The notes: a model not told the origin generated them from the sequence alone. A stretch of DNA of 60,475 bases, filler included, from Sphingomonadaceae bacterium (GCA_050261575.1; 3 parts of 3 records of this genome joined end to end with filler, not necessarily neighbours in it), one strand, 5' to 3'. Positions 39,115-50,284 are shown, counted from the whole stretch's first letter. Numbers and translations are program-made.

Positions 39115-40134
39115 GTGGAACTCACGGCACGACAGCAGGCGATTCTGAAGCAGGTCGTGGAGGACTACGTTCTCTCGGCCGTTCCGATCCCCTCCGACAG
39201 GATAGCTGGGCGGGCCGGCCTCAAGGTCAGCTCTGCCACCGTGCGCAACGAGATGATGGAGTTGGAGGAGCTTGGGCTGCTCACACATCCACACACCTCG
39301 GCAGGTCGCGTGCCGTCCGATCTCGGATATCGCTACTACATCGAGCACTTGATGACCGAGAGAGGGCTGACCGAGATGGAGGAGCAGATGGTGGCGCACC
39401 AGTTCCACCAAGTGGAGGCCGAGGTGGAAGAATGGGGGCCCCTCGCGGCAGCGGTGCTGGCTCAGATGGCTCGCACTGCCGCGCTGGCCACCAAGCTTCA
39501 CTCCTTGAAGAATCGGGTCAAGCGGGTCGAGCTGGTCTCAGTCCAGGACGACCTTGTGCTGGTGGTGCTGATATTGCGGTCTGGCGGGCTTCAGCAGCGG
39601 CTGATTCGAATGGACGAACCCGTTGCGCGGGATGAGCTGACGAGGATCGCCAACAAGCTCAGCGATCTCCTGGCCGATCAAACCTCGTCCCAGGTGGCTC
39701 GGCGGGTTCCCACGTTGGTAGGCCTGGAGCAGGCGTTCGGGTCGGTCGTAGCCAAGCTGATCGAGCAGAGCGAGACGAACTGGAGCGACACCATCTACTA
39801 CGAGGGGATCAGCTTCGTTTCGGGCGAGCCCGAGTTCGATCGTGCCGAGCGGCTGATGCAGTTGATGAAGGTCCTCCATCGGGGGTCCGCCCTGGCGCCC
39901 CTCTTCGCCGACGTGCTGGACAGCGGGGGCCTTCGGGTTGTGATCGGCCGCGAGAACGAGACCGAGGAGATGCGTGGCTGCAGCATGGTGCTGACCCGCT
40001 ACGGGCTCACAGGCGAGGCCGCCGGGGTTGTCGGGGTGGTTGGTCCCACGAGGATGAGGTACTGGCGGGCCGTATCGCTGGTGCGCTTCATGGCGAGTCT
40101 GCTGGATCGGCTCGTCGAGCAATCGTTGCGGTGA
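39115..40134 (+). CDS. hrcA: Heat-inducible transcription repressor HrcA
   Basis: SSATVRNEM, PHTSAGRVP..GYRYY, GVVGPTRMRY. Confidence 0.97.
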   Translation: MELTARQQAILKQVVEDYVLSAVPIPSDRIAGRAGLKVSSATVRNEMMELEELGLLTHPHTSAGRVPSDLGYRYYIEHLMTERGLTEMEEQMVAHQFHQVEAEVEEWGPLAAAVLAQMARTAALATKLHSLKNRVKRVELVSVQDDLVLVVLILRSGGLQQRLIRMDEPVARDELTRIANKLSDLLADQTSSQVARRVPTLVGLEQAFGSVVAKLIEQSETNWSDTIYYEGISFVSGEPEFDRAERLMQLMKVLHRGSALAPLFADVLDSGGLRVVIGRENETEEMRGCSMVLTRYGLTGEAAGVVGVVGPTRMRYWRAVSLVRFMASLLDRLVEQSLR

Positions 40135-40149
40135 TAATACGGAGGTATC

Positions 40150-40740
40150 ATGGGAAACCAGAATGGGGATGTCGAGGTCCAGGGTGGTGGCGATCAGCAG
40201 CCCGAGGCCTCCGGAGAGGCTCCCAAGGCGGAGGCCGGCAGCGAGCTCGACGTCCTTAGAGGTCAGCTCGAGGAGGAGAAGGCTCGGGCAGAGAAATGCC
40301 TGAGCAATTGGCAGCGGGCCGAGGCGGACCTGGCCAACTTCAAGCGCCGCGTCGAGCAGGAGCGAAGCGAGCTGGTGAAGTCTGCCAACTCCTCTCTGAT
40401 CCTCAAGCTGCTGCCGGTACTCGACGACTTCGACCGGGCGATCGAGGCGGTGCCAGAGGATGCCAGGAGCCAGGGCTGGGTCGAGGGTATCAGGCTGATC
40501 GACCGGAAGCTCTGCCAGGTCCTGGAGCAGGAGGGTGTGACCCCCATAGATGCCCTCGGCAAGGAGTTCGACCCCCACGTGCACGAGGCCGTCCTGAGAG
40601 AGGAAGGCGAGGGAGACGTCGACGTGGTGGTGGAGGAGCTTCAGAAGGGGTACAAGCTTCACGACCGAGTCTTACGGCCGACGATGGTCAAGGTCGGTAG
40701 ACGAAAGAGTACAACTCACGAAAACGACAAGAAGGAGTGA
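40150..40740 (+). CDS. grpE: Nucleotide exchange factor GrpE
   Basis: [33 protein letters not shown]. Confidence 0.97.
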   Translation: MGNQNGDVEVQGGGDQQPEASGEAPKAEAGSELDVLRGQLEEEKARAEKCLSNWQRAEADLANFKRRVEQERSELVKSANSSLILKLLPVLDDFDRAIEAVPEDARSQGWVEGIRLIDRKLCQVLEQEGVTPIDALGKEFDPHVHEAVLREEGEGDVDVVVEELQKGYKLHDRVLRPTMVKVGRRKSTTHENDKKE

Positions 40741-40745
40741 TGGGC

Positions 40746-42638
40746 ATGCCGAGGGTCATTGGGATTGACCTTGGTACTACGAACTCGGTAGTGGCTGTCA
40801 TGGAAGGTGGGGAGCCCGTCGTCATTCCCAATTCTGAGGGTGGGCGGCTCACTCCTTCGGTAGTAGCCATGTCGAAGAGTGGCGAGCGGCTGGTTGGGCA
40901 GGTTGCCAAGCGACAGGCGATCACCAACTCCGACAACACCATTTTCTCGATCAAGCGGTTCATGGGTCGCAAGTTCAACGACCCGACGGTGGAGAAGGAC
41001 ACGAAGCTCGTTCCCTACAAGCTGAGCCAAGCAGGGAACGGGGACGTTCAGGTGAACATGGGCGGCAGGGCCTATTCCCCGCCTGAGATCTCGGCCATGA
41101 TCCTTCAGAAGCTGAAGGCCGACGCCGAGGCATACCTGGGTGAGAAGGTTACCGAGGCGGTGATCACCGTCCCCGCCTACTTCAACGATAGCCAGCGCCA
41201 GGCGACCAAAGACGCGGGCACCATCGCCGGACTCAACGTTCTTCGCATCATCAACGAGCCCACGGCGGCTTCCCTGGCCTACGGCTTGGACAAGAAGAAG
41301 GAGGAGACCATCGCCGTCTACGACCTCGGGGGTGGAACCTTCGACATCTCGATCCTTCAGTTGGGCGAGGGTGTGTTCGAGGTGAAGTCCACCAACGGCG
41401 ACACCCATCTGGGCGGCGACGACTTCGACCAGAGGGTGATCGATTGGCTGGCCGACGAGTTCAAGCGAGAGAACGGCATCGACCTGCGGCACGATCGCAT
41501 GGCTCTCCAGCGACTGAAGGAAGCGGCGGAGAAGGCCAAGATAGAGCTCTCCTCCACCATGTCCACTGAGGTGAACCTGCCCTTCATCACCGCCGACGCT
41601 AGCGGGCCTAAGCACCTGACGATGACGCTCACTCGCTCCAAGCTGGAGCAGTTGACCGGTGACCTGATCGAGCGGAGCATCGGTCCGGTGAAGCAGGCCC
41701 TGGCCGACGCGGGCATCACGGCCGAGCAGGTGGACGAGGTGATCCTGGTCGGTGGCCAGACCCGAATGCCGGCCGTGCAGGAGGCGGTGAAGCGGCTGTT
41801 CGGGAAGGAGCCTCACAAGGGCGTGAACCCGGACGAGGTGGTGGCCGTCGGTGCGGCCATCCAGGCCGGCGTGTTGAAGGGCGAGGTTCGCGACGTCCTC
41901 CTGCTGGACGTGACGCCGCTGTCGCTGGGCATCGAGACCCTGGGTGGGGTGGCTACCAGGCTGATCGAGAGGAACACCACCATCCCCACCTCCAAGAGCC
42001 AGATCTTCTCCACCGCGGCCGACAACCAGACCAGCGTGGAGATCCACGTCCTCCAGGGCGAGCGGCCGATGGCTGCGGAGAACAAGAGCCTCGGGCGCTT
42101 CATCCTGGACGGCATTCCGCCGGCACCTCGAGGGCTGCCTCAGATCGAGGTGACCTTCGACATCGACGCCAACGGCATCCTGAACGTCTCCGCGAAGGAC
42201 AAGGCGACCGGCAAGGAGCAGCGGATCACCATCCAGGCCTCCAGCGGGTTGAGCAAGGAGGAGATCGACAGGATGGTGAAGGAGGCCGAACTCCACGCGG
42301 CAGAGGACCAGAGACGCAAGGAGGAGGTGGAGGTCCGCAACACGGCCGACACCGCCGCCTACCAGGCGGAGAAGATGGTCCGCGACCTCGGCGACAAGGT
42401 TCCCGCCGACATCAAGGGCGAGGTCGAGGGGAAGGTCGCCGCGGTGCGTTCGGCTCTGCAGGGGCAGGACGTGGACCACATACGGCGGGCGACCGATGAG
42501 CTGAACCAGTCGCTGCAGAAGATCGGGCAGTACATGTACGGGCAGCAGCAGGCTGGCCAGACGCCTCCCGGCGGCGAGCAGCCCGGCGGCAAGGGCCCGG
42601 ACGAGGGCACCGTCGAGGGCGAGTTCCGAGAGGTGTAG
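40746..42638 (+). CDS. dnaK: Chaperone DnaK
   Basis: [31 protein letters not shown]. Confidence 0.99.
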   Translation: MPRVIGIDLGTTNSVVAVMEGGEPVVIPNSEGGRLTPSVVAMSKSGERLVGQVAKRQAITNSDNTIFSIKRFMGRKFNDPTVEKDTKLVPYKLSQAGNGDVQVNMGGRAYSPPEISAMILQKLKADAEAYLGEKVTEAVITVPAYFNDSQRQATKDAGTIAGLNVLRIINEPTAASLAYGLDKKKEETIAVYDLGGGTFDISILQLGEGVFEVKSTNGDTHLGGDDFDQRVIDWLADEFKRENGIDLRHDRMALQRLKEAAEKAKIELSSTMSTEVNLPFITADASGPKHLTMTLTRSKLEQLTGDLIERSIGPVKQALADAGITAEQVDEVILVGGQTRMPAVQEAVKRLFGKEPHKGVNPDEVVAVGAAIQAGVLKGEVRDVLLLDVTPLSLGIETLGGVATRLIERNTTIPTSKSQIFSTAADNQTSVEIHVLQGERPMAAENKSLGRFILDGIPPAPRGLPQIEVTFDIDANGILNVSAKDKATGKEQRITIQASSGLSKEEIDRMVKEAELHAAEDQRRKEEVEVRNTADTAAYQAEKMVRDLGDKVPADIKGEVEGKVAAVRSALQGQDVDHIRRATDELNQSLQKIGQYMYGQQQAGQTPPGGEQPGGKGPDEGTVEGEFREV

Positions 42639-42656
42639 AGGTAGCCTGCTAAGGGT

Positions 42657-42685
42657 GTAGGGGCGGGTCCGAGACCCGCCCCTAC
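42657..42685. repeat. GTAG-type REP palindrome
   Basis: GTAGGGGCGGGTC-cga-GACCCGCCCCTAC. Confidence 0.75.
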
Positions 42686-42806
42686 GTTCGCTTCAGATTG
42701 ATTCACGCCCTATCATGGGTTATAGTTACCCGATGCGGGGTTACCGGCCTATCGAGGCCGCACGGGTGTTTCCCCGCCAGAAGACGTAAGGCAGGTGGAC
42801 CGCCGG

Positions 42807-43949
42807 ATGGCGATCAAGAGGGACTACTACGAGGTGTTGGGCGTTGGCCGCAACGCCTCGGCGGACGAGCTTAAGAGGGCCTTTCGCAAGCTGGCCATGC
42901 AGTACCACCCGGACCGGAATCCGGAGAACGGGGCGGCGGCAGCCGAGCGCTTCAAGGAGGTGAAGGAGGCCTACGAGGTTCTGAGCGACCCGGAGAAGCG
43001 GGCGCGCTACGACCAGTTTGGCCACGCCGGTGTGGACGGCAACTTCATGGGCGGCATGGGCGGCTTCGAGGGCTTCGGTTCCGGGTTCCCCTTCGGCGAC
43101 ATCTTCGAGACTTTCTTCGGTGGGGGGGCTTCTTCGGCTGCACGTCGCCGCGCTCCCCAGCGGGGAACGGATCTTCGCTACGACATGACACTGGAGTTCG
43201 AAGAGGCCGTATTCGGGACCGAAAAGGAGCTGGAAGTCCCCCGCATGGAGGTCTGTCACGTCTGCTCCGGCTCCGGCGCCGAGCCGGGGACCCAGCCGCT
43301 GCGCTGTCCCAAGTGCAACGGCACCGGCGAGATTCGTCGAGTCCAGCAATCCATCCTTGGCCAGTTCGTCAACGTCACCGTCTGCGGCAACTGCCGGGGC
43401 GAGGGCACCGTGATTTCCTCCCCGTGCAGCCAGTGCCAGGGCCAGGGCCGGGAGCGGGTGGTCCGGCGCATCAAGGTGTCGATTCCGGCCGGCGTGGACG
43501 ACGGCTCCCAGATCCGGCTGTCGGGCGAGGGCGAGCCCGGACTGAACGGCGGACCGCGCGGCAACCTCTACGTGGTCGTTTCGGTGAAGCCTCACCGCTA
43601 CTTCCGCCGAGAGGCCAACGACATCGTCATCGATCTGCCGATCAACTTCGCGCAAGCGGCCCTGGGGGCCGAGGTCGATGTGCCCACCGTGGATGGACCC
43701 ACCACCCTGAAGATCCCTGCCGGCACCCAGTCCGGTCGGCTGCTCAGGCTTCGGGGCAAAGGGGTGCCCTTCCTGCGGGATCACGGGCGAGGCGACCAGG
43801 TGGTGCGCATCCTGGTGTCGGTGCCGACCAAGCTGAGCGACAAGCAGCGGAAGTTGCTGAAGGAACTGGGCGAGACCTTCGACAAGGATGTCAAGCCCCA
43901 GGAGAACAAGGGGTTCTTCGACAAGGTGAAGGACGCCTTCGGCGTGTAG
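42807..43949 (+). CDS. dnaJ: Chaperone DnaJ
   Basis: J domain HPD, G/F region, four CxxCxGxG repeats. Confidence 0.98.
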   Translation: MAIKRDYYEVLGVGRNASADELKRAFRKLAMQYHPDRNPENGAAAAERFKEVKEAYEVLSDPEKRARYDQFGHAGVDGNFMGGMGGFEGFGSGFPFGDIFETFFGGGASSAARRRAPQRGTDLRYDMTLEFEEAVFGTEKELEVPRMEVCHVCSGSGAEPGTQPLRCPKCNGTGEIRRVQQSILGQFVNVTVCGNCRGEGTVISSPCSQCQGQGRERVVRRIKVSIPAGVDDGSQIRLSGEGEPGLNGGPRGNLYVVVSVKPHRYFRREANDIVIDLPINFAQAALGAEVDVPTVDGPTTLKIPAGTQSGRLLRLRGKGVPFLRDHGRGDQVVRILVSVPTKLSDKQRKLLKELGETFDKDVKPQENKGFFDKVKDAFGV

Positions 43950-44219
43950 ACAGGACTGAGGGCGGCGGACTGAGGTCCGAGTATGGCACGCGTGACGCGA
44001 GCGTGCACGTGAGGCGAGCGGGCGCAGCTTCACGTGCACGGCCCCTACCAGGAGGCTAGCGTTCCCGATGCGCACCCCGGATTGAAGGGTGCGGATAAAG
44101 CGGCGACGAATGATCCGGACTGGCGGGCGGCGTCGTACGGGACCTTGCCCTACCCTGTGCCAGTGACCCAAAAGAAGCCACGGTGCTGTACCGTGGCTGT
44201 ATCTTTCTCGAGAGGACTC

Positions 44220-45140
44220 ATGATCTGGATCGAGTTGAGTGTCCAGGCCGAGGCGGAGGCTGTGGAGTCGGTGGCCGAGCTGCTTAGCCAGTTGGGCCAC
44301 GGGGGCGTGGCCATCGAGGAGCCGCTCTCCGAGACTGCTGAGCCGGGGAGGGTCGAGATCGATCCCAATCGGCTGGTGACTGTGAAGACCTACCTCCCCG
44401 AGGACGAGCAGGTGGGGCAGAAGGTGGCCAGGGCCGAGGAGGCCGTCTGGCACCTCTCGCAGCTCCGGCGGGTGGAGCCCCTGCAGGTGCGGCGGTTGGC
44501 GGAGGAGGACTGGGCCGAGGCCTGGAAGAAGTTCTTCTACGTGCAGCGAATCGGGGAGCGGGTGGTGATCAAGCCGACGTGGCGGGAGTACCAGGCGGCG
44601 CCGCACGAGGTGGTGCTGGAGTTGGACCCGGGCATGGCCTTCGGAACCGGGCTGCACCCCACCACTCGCATGTGCCTGAGGGCGTGTGAGCGGTTCGTGT
44701 CGGAGGGCATGCGGGTGCTGGACGTCGGGACCGGCTCCGGCATCCTTGCCCTTGCCGCCGCGAAGCTGGGAGCTGCCTCCGTGGTGGCGCTGGAGGTGGA
44801 CCCTGTGGCAGCGGATGTCGCTCGCAAGAACGTGGCGCTGAACGGCATGGGCGGGCTGATCAGCGTGTACCAGGGTAGCCTGGAACGGCTGAACGAGGTC
44901 GATGGGGGGAACTCCCGCTTCGACCTGGTCCTGGCCAACATCATAGCCAGCGTGATCGTGCATCTGGCCCAAGGGCTCCACGACGCCCTGGCCCCCGAGG
45001 GGAGGCTGGTCGCCTCTGGGATCATCGCCGATCGCGAACTCGAGGTGCGGGATGCGCTGGAGGCGACCGGCCTGGACGTGGAGGAGGTCGTGACCGAGGG
45101 CGACTGGCGGGCGATGGTGTGCCGGCGTGGCGCGGCATAG
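44220..45140 (+). CDS. prmA: Ribosomal protein L11 methyltransferase
   Basis: DPGMAFGTGLHPTT, LDVGTGSGILA, LANI. Confidence 0.95.
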   Translation: MIWIELSVQAEAEAVESVAELLSQLGHGGVAIEEPLSETAEPGRVEIDPNRLVTVKTYLPEDEQVGQKVARAEEAVWHLSQLRRVEPLQVRRLAEEDWAEAWKKFFYVQRIGERVVIKPTWREYQAAPHEVVLELDPGMAFGTGLHPTTRMCLRACERFVSEGMRVLDVGTGSGILALAAAKLGAASVVALEVDPVAADVARKNVALNGMGGLISVYQGSLERLNEVDGGNSRFDLVLANIIASVIVHLAQGLHDALAPEGRLVASGIIADRELEVRDALEATGLDVEEVVTEGDWRAMVCRRGAA

Positions 45141-45981
45141 CTTCTTCGTGGATCCGGCTGCCATGCAGGGGGAGCGGGTCGAGCTGACGAGCCCGATCGC
45201 CCACCAGATCAGAAGCGTGTTGCGGCTGCGGCCGGGGGACACGGTAGATCTGCTGGACGGCTCGGGGTGCGTGCACGAGGCGAGGCTGGTGGCGGTCTCC
45301 CGCGAGGGCGTGGTCGCCGAGGTGGTGAACCGGCGCCTCGCCCACACCGAGCCCGGTGCGGAGCTGGTGCTGTATCAGGCGTTGTTGAAGGGCGAGAAGA
45401 TGGAGCTAGTGCTCCAGAAGGGGACGGAGATCGGCGTCAGCCGCTTCGTTCCGGTCCTCAGCGAGCGATGCGTCTCCAGGCCCGGGGCGGCCGATCTGGA
45501 GCGCCGGATCGCTCGGTGGCAGACGATCGTGCGCGAGGCGGCCGAGCAATCCAAGCGGGGTGTCCTTCCCGGTGTGGCTCCCGTGGAGCAGTTCGGGGCG
45601 GCTTGCCGATCCGCCGCCGAGGGAGGGGTCGCCCTCATGGCCTGGGAGGAGGAGCGAGCCCTGGGGATCGGCCGGGTGCTGGCCGAGGCGGGTCTCGCAG
45701 GAGGCAGGGGCCCACTGGGGCACGGGGACGCTCGGAACGAGCGCGCGTCTCCGAGCGCCAGCGACTCCGCGTCTCCTCGTCCTGCCGTGCGTGCGCGCCC
45801 CCGCGTCGCCCTGCTGATAGGGCCGGAGGGGGGGTTCTCCGAACGGGAGGCGGAGACGGCGAGGGGTGCCGGGGTGCGGGTCGTCAGCCTGGGGCCCCGT
45901 ATCCTCAGGGCCGAGACGGCGGCTTTGGTGGCGGCGACGCTGGTGCTGTGCGCGACGGGGGATCTGGGTGGCCTGGGGTAG
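45127..45981 (+). CDS. rsmE: 16S rRNA m3U1498 methyltransferase
   Basis: VLRLRPG, QKGTEIGV, EAAEQS, IGPEGGF, LGPRILRAETA. Confidence 0.95.
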   Translation: MARHSFFVDPAAMQGERVELTSPIAHQIRSVLRLRPGDTVDLLDGSGCVHEARLVAVSREGVVAEVVNRRLAHTEPGAELVLYQALLKGEKMELVLQKGTEIGVSRFVPVLSERCVSRPGAADLERRIARWQTIVREAAEQSKRGVLPGVAPVEQFGAACRSAAEGGVALMAWEEERALGIGRVLAEAGLAGGRGPLGHGDARNERASPSASDSASPRPAVRARPRVALLIGPEGGFSEREAETARGAGVRVVSLGPRILRAETAALVAATLVLCATGDLGGLG

Positions 45982-46000
45982 GGAGACCGCGAACGATCGG

Positions 46001-46897
46001 ATGATCTCGCTGCTGACCGACTTCGGCACGGCCGATGGCTACGTGGGGGCCATGAAGGGGGTCATCCTGGGGCTGAACCGAGAGGCGGTCCTAGTGGACA
46101 TAACCCACGACGTGGCCCCTCAGGACGTGAACGGGGGCGCCTTCGTGCTCCACACGGTGCACCGCTATTTCCCCTCGGGCAGCATCCACCTGGCGGTGGT
46201 GGACCCGGAGGTGGGGACCGATCGGGCCGCCGTGATCCTGGACACGGGGCGCGCGATCTTCGTGGCGCCGGACAACGGGCTGCTGAGCTACGTGCTGGCA
46301 GAGGGATGGGGCGACGCGGAGACGCTGGGACGGGGAGAAAGGACGTCCTTCGCCGTGGCCGACGGCTCCGCCGGCTCAATGGCGGGTCTCAGACCCGTCC
46401 CTGTTCCCGAGGGCTGGCGGGCGGTCCGCATCGCCGAGAGCCGCTACTGGCTTCCCAATCCCAGCTCTACGTTCCACGGCCGGGACATCTTCGCGCCGGT
46501 GGCCGGATACCTCTCACTGGGGCAGCCGCTGGAGAGCTTCGGCCCTCCGATGGAGTCGGTCCTCGCTTTCGCGATCCCGCGACCCAGCAGGTTGCCCTGC
46601 GGCGAATTGCTGGGCGAGGTCATCCACGTGGATCGCTTCGGCAACCTAATCACCAACTTGCGGGCGGAGGATCTGCCTGCGGGGACCTTCGCCACGGAGA
46701 TCGCCGGCCGCCGCATCGAGTGGCCGAGCAGGACCTACGCCGGAGGGAGGGGGCTGGTGGCGCTGGTGGGGAGCTCAAGCTACCTGGAGATCGCGCTGCC
46801 CGGCGGCTCGGCCCGATCGGAGTTGGGAGCGGGGGTCGGCGCGCCTGTGCGGGTGATCCCTGGGGCTTCACAGACACGGGTACCACCCGTCGTATAG
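46001..46897 (+). CDS. SAM hydroxide adenosyltransferase (DUF62, chlorinase/fluorinase family)
   Basis: LLTDFG, VVDPEVG, APDNGLL, STFHGRDIFAP, DRFGNLITN. Confidence 0.93.
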   Translation: MISLLTDFGTADGYVGAMKGVILGLNREAVLVDITHDVAPQDVNGGAFVLHTVHRYFPSGSIHLAVVDPEVGTDRAAVILDTGRAIFVAPDNGLLSYVLAEGWGDAETLGRGERTSFAVADGSAGSMAGLRPVPVPEGWRAVRIAESRYWLPNPSSTFHGRDIFAPVAGYLSLGQPLESFGPPMESVLAFAIPRPSRLPCGELLGEVIHVDRFGNLITNLRAEDLPAGTFATEIAGRRIEWPSRTYAGGRGLVALVGSSSYLEIALPGGSARSELGAGVGAPVRVIPGASQTRVPPVV

Positions 46898-47214
46898 CAT
46901 CGCAGACGAGCGACTGGGCGGGGCGGCCATACCTCGTGGCAGTAAGGCGCGGGGCAACGTCACGCCCTGCCGCCCGCACGACGTAGGGGGCTGGCGGCTC
47001 GGCCGGCCCGTCCGGGCGGCAGGGGACACGTCGCGTGAGCGGGCACGGGAGGCGAGCGGGCACAGCCTCGCCGCAACGCCTGCCCTGCACCTGCCCCCTG
47101 CGGGCGGACACGTCGGTCCGCCCCACACTGGGGCCGGGCGGTGGGGCACGCGGCCCTTGCTCGTGGGTCGTGTCGAATGGACCGCTGGACATCTCCGAGG
47201 AAGATGGGACTAAC

Positions 47215-48675
47215 TTGAGGCGTATCCGCACGGCGTCTATCGCCACACTGGGCTGCAAACTGAACCAGAGCGAGAGCGACCATATGGCACGCCAGCTTGC
47301 CGAGGCGGGGGTAGTCCTGGTGCCCTTCGGCCAGCAGGCGGACCTATGCCTGGTGAATAGCTGCACCGTGACCCACATCGGCGATAGGAAGTCCCGCCAG
47401 TTGATCCGGCAGGCGCTGAGGGCCAACCCCGAGTCCTTCGTGGCCGTCGCGGGCTGCTATGCGGAGGTGGAGGCGGAGGCGGTGGCGGCGATCGAGGGAG
47501 TGGGCGCCGTCCTCGGCAACAGGGGGAAGGACCGCCTGGTGGAGGTGCTGCGGGGGTACGGTCTGGCGCTGGGCGAGGAGCCCTCACCACGCCTCTCTCG
47601 GGGTGAGGGGGGGATGGAAGCTGGTCCATCTGTGGGTAGTGGACCTTCTCCCCACGAGGCTACGTGCACTCTGGAGGGTGCGGCTACAGCGCTCGTATCC
47701 CGCGAGGAGCCCCCCTTTGCGCCCACACGCACGCGGGCGTTCGTCAAGATCCAAGAGGGCTGCGACAACCACTGCTCCTACTGCATCGTCCCCACGGCCC
47801 GCGGCCGCCAGCGTAGCCGTCCTGCCGAGGAGGTGTTGGACGAGATCGGAAGGTTGGTGCGCGAGGGCCATCAGGAGGTGGTGCTGACTGGGGTCAACAT
47901 CACCGCGTATGGCCGCGACTTCGGCTCCGACACGGCACGCGAGAGCTCGCGAGGGGCGGGATTGCTGAGGCTGCTGGAAAGGATCCTGGCCGAGACGGAT
48001 GTGCCGCGGCTGCGGCTGTCCTCCCTCCAGCCGGAGGACTGGACCCCCGCATTCTACGACCTGTGGAGCTCGGGGCGGCTCTGCCGCCACCTCCACCTTT
48101 CCCTGCAGAGCGGTTCTGGAGCCGTTCTCAAGCGGATGCGCAGGCGCTACAATGTGGACAGGTACGCCCGGATCGTCGACGACGCCCGAAGGGCGCTTCC
48201 AGGGGTCGCCATCACGACCGACGTGATCGTCGGCTTTCCGGGTGAGTCGGACGAGGAGTTCGAGGAGACGGAGCGATTCCTCCGCACCATCGGCTTCGCG
48301 GGGTTGCACGTCTTCAAGTACTCCCCTAGGAAAGGGACGCCAGCCGCCTCCATGCCCGATCAGGTGGATCCCAGGGTCAAGCAGCAGCGGAGCGATCGGC
48401 TGATCGGGCTGGCCCGGGAGATGGCGGCCGAGTTCTGCTCTCAGTTCGTCGGCTCGGTCTTGGGCGTGCTGTGGGAGGAGAGGGTGCCCCAGGAGGAGGC
48501 TCGCCGGTTGGGGCTGATCAGATGCGGGGAGGCATCGTGGTGGACGGGCCTGTCCGACAACTACGTTCGAATCTTCGCCCGCAGTTCAGGGGACCTTGGA
48601 GGGACCGTGTGCGGCGCCAGGGTCGAGCGCCCCGCGACAGAGGGGGTGATTGGCATCCCTCTGCGCTCACGGTGA
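47215..48675 (+). CDS. mtaB: tRNA t6A37 methylthiotransferase
   Basis: TLGCKLNQSES, NSCTVT, QEGCDNHCSYC, HVFKYSPRKGT; synteny with prmA-rsmE. Confidence 0.92.
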   Translation: MRRIRTASIATLGCKLNQSESDHMARQLAEAGVVLVPFGQQADLCLVNSCTVTHIGDRKSRQLIRQALRANPESFVAVAGCYAEVEAEAVAAIEGVGAVLGNRGKDRLVEVLRGYGLALGEEPSPRLSRGEGGMEAGPSVGSGPSPHEATCTLEGAATALVSREEPPFAPTRTRAFVKIQEGCDNHCSYCIVPTARGRQRSRPAEEVLDEIGRLVREGHQEVVLTGVNITAYGRDFGSDTARESSRGAGLLRLLERILAETDVPRLRLSSLQPEDWTPAFYDLWSSGRLCRHLHLSLQSGSGAVLKRMRRRYNVDRYARIVDDARRALPGVAITTDVIVGFPGESDEEFEETERFLRTIGFAGLHVFKYSPRKGTPAASMPDQVDPRVKQQRSDRLIGLAREMAAEFCSQFVGSVLGVLWEERVPQEEARRLGLIRCGEASWWTGLSDNYVRIFARSSGDLGGTVCGARVERPATEGVIGIPLRSR

Positions 48676-48723
48676 CGCGTGGGATCCGCTCACTCATCAC
48701 TCATCAGTTCGAAGGGAGTCAAG

Positions 48724-49065
48724 ATGGCCTGTATCTTCTGCAGGATCGTGGCGCGTGAGATCCCCTCCGATATCGTCTACCAGGACGATCGGATTACCGC
48801 CTTCCGCGACATCAATCCACAGGCACCGGTGCACATCGTCATCGTCCCCAACGAGCACATCCCCTCGGTGATGGAGTTGCGGGCGGACCAGGCGCCGGTG
48901 GTGGGGCACATGGTTCACGCGGCCGGCGTGCTGGCCGAGCGAGAGGGCGTCGCCAAGAGCGGGTTCCGGCTGGTGATCAACAACGGCCCGGATGCCGGCC
49001 AGTCCGTGGATCACCTCCACCTCCACCTGCTCGGCGGCCGCCCGATGCAGTGGCCTCCGGGCTAG
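48724..49065 (+). CDS. Histidine triad nucleotide-binding protein
   Basis: CIFCRI, FRDINPQAPVH, HLHLHLLGG. Confidence 0.95.
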   Translation: MACIFCRIVAREIPSDIVYQDDRITAFRDINPQAPVHIVIVPNEHIPSVMELRADQAPVVGHMVHAAGVLAEREGVAKSGFRLVINNGPDAGQSVDHLHLHLLGGRPMQWPPG

Positions 49066-49243
49066 GGCCCCGGACCGGTCCCCTAGCCCCAGCCGGCGGC
49101 GGGGACGTGGCCAAGCCTACCATCAAGGCGAAGCCGACGTAGTGCCAGCCGGAGGCTGTGGTGAACTGCTGAGACGAGCACAACCGGAGGCGGCCTCTGG
49201 CTGTGCTCGATTGCCATCCCGATTCCATTGGTAGGAGACGGCC

Positions 49244-50254
49244 ATGGATGAATTGGAACGTCGGGCCCTACCCCGCGACTTCGCACCCCCAGTCTATCGC
49301 CCGCGCCGCCTGCGGAGCTCCGAACCGATGCGGGACCTGGTGTCCGAGACCAGGCTGGACGCGCGGGCCCTGGTCTATCCCCTGTTCGTAACCGAGGGAA
49401 GGGGAATCAAGCAAGAGGTCTCCTCTATGCCGGGGGTTTACCAGTGGTCCCTCGACCTCCTGGCGGGCGAGGTGCGGGAGATTGCCTCGCTGGGGATCCC
49501 CGCGGTGCTGCTCTTCGGGCTGCCAGGCCGCAAGGACGAGCTGGCCTCGGAGGCATACCGCAGAGACGGCGTGATCCAGCGGGCCATCGTGGAGGTGAAG
49601 GAGCACGCCCCCGGGCTGCTGGTGGTGACCGACGTCTGCCTCTGCGAGTACACCATCCACGGCCACTGCGGGGTGGTGGAGGGGGGCCGGGTGCTGAACG
49701 ACCCTACCCTGGAGCTACTGGCCCGCACGGCCCTCTCCCACGCCGAGGCCGGTGCGGACATGGTCGCCCCCTCCGACATGATGGATGGTCGGGTCGGCGC
49801 GATTCGTCGGGCGCTGGACGGCGCGGGATACGAGAGCGTGCCCATCATGGCCTACAGCGCCAAGTACGCCTCCGCCTTCTACGGCCCCTTCCGCGAGGCT
49901 GCGGACTCCGCGCCGCAGTTCGGCGATCGGCGCGCCTACCAGATGGCCCCGACCAACGTTCGTGAGGCGTTGCGGGAGGTGGATCTGGACGTCCAGGAGG
50001 GAGCGGACATCGTGATGGTGAAGCCCGCTTTGGCTTACCTGGACGTCCTCGCCCGGGTCAAGGATGAGTTCCGTCTGCCGGTTGCCGCCTACAATGTGAG
50101 CGGCGAGTACTCGATGGTGAAGGCGGCGTCGAGGATGGGCTGGCTGGAGGAGAGGCGAACGGCCCTGGAGATCCTCACCGCGATCAAGCGAGCCGGGGCG
50201 GACATCATCATTACCTACTTCGCCAAGGATGTGGTGCGCTGGTTGAACGAGTGA
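49244..50254 (+). CDS. hemB: Porphobilinogen synthase (Zn-type)
   Basis: DVCLCEYTIHGHCG, APSDMMDG, FYGPFREA, MVKPA, YNVSGEY. Confidence 0.97.
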   Translation: MDELERRALPRDFAPPVYRPRRLRSSEPMRDLVSETRLDARALVYPLFVTEGRGIKQEVSSMPGVYQWSLDLLAGEVREIASLGIPAVLLFGLPGRKDELASEAYRRDGVIQRAIVEVKEHAPGLLVVTDVCLCEYTIHGHCGVVEGGRVLNDPTLELLARTALSHAEAGADMVAPSDMMDGRVGAIRRALDGAGYESVPIMAYSAKYASAFYGPFREAADSAPQFGDRRAYQMAPTNVREALREVDLDVQEGADIVMVKPALAYLDVLARVKDEFRLPVAAYNVSGEYSMVKAASRMGWLEERRTALEILTAIKRAGADIIITYFAKDVVRWLNE

Positions 50255-50284
50255 TGGGTAATGAGTGATGAGTGCCGATGGCCG

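Noticed and set aside
42741..45347. Long antisense ORFs (868 aa here; also 56131-58551, 40716-42479, 50328-51953, 37314-38915, 15933-17504)
   Set aside because: Shadow frames of well-supported genes in high-GC DNA, with no recognisable motifs.
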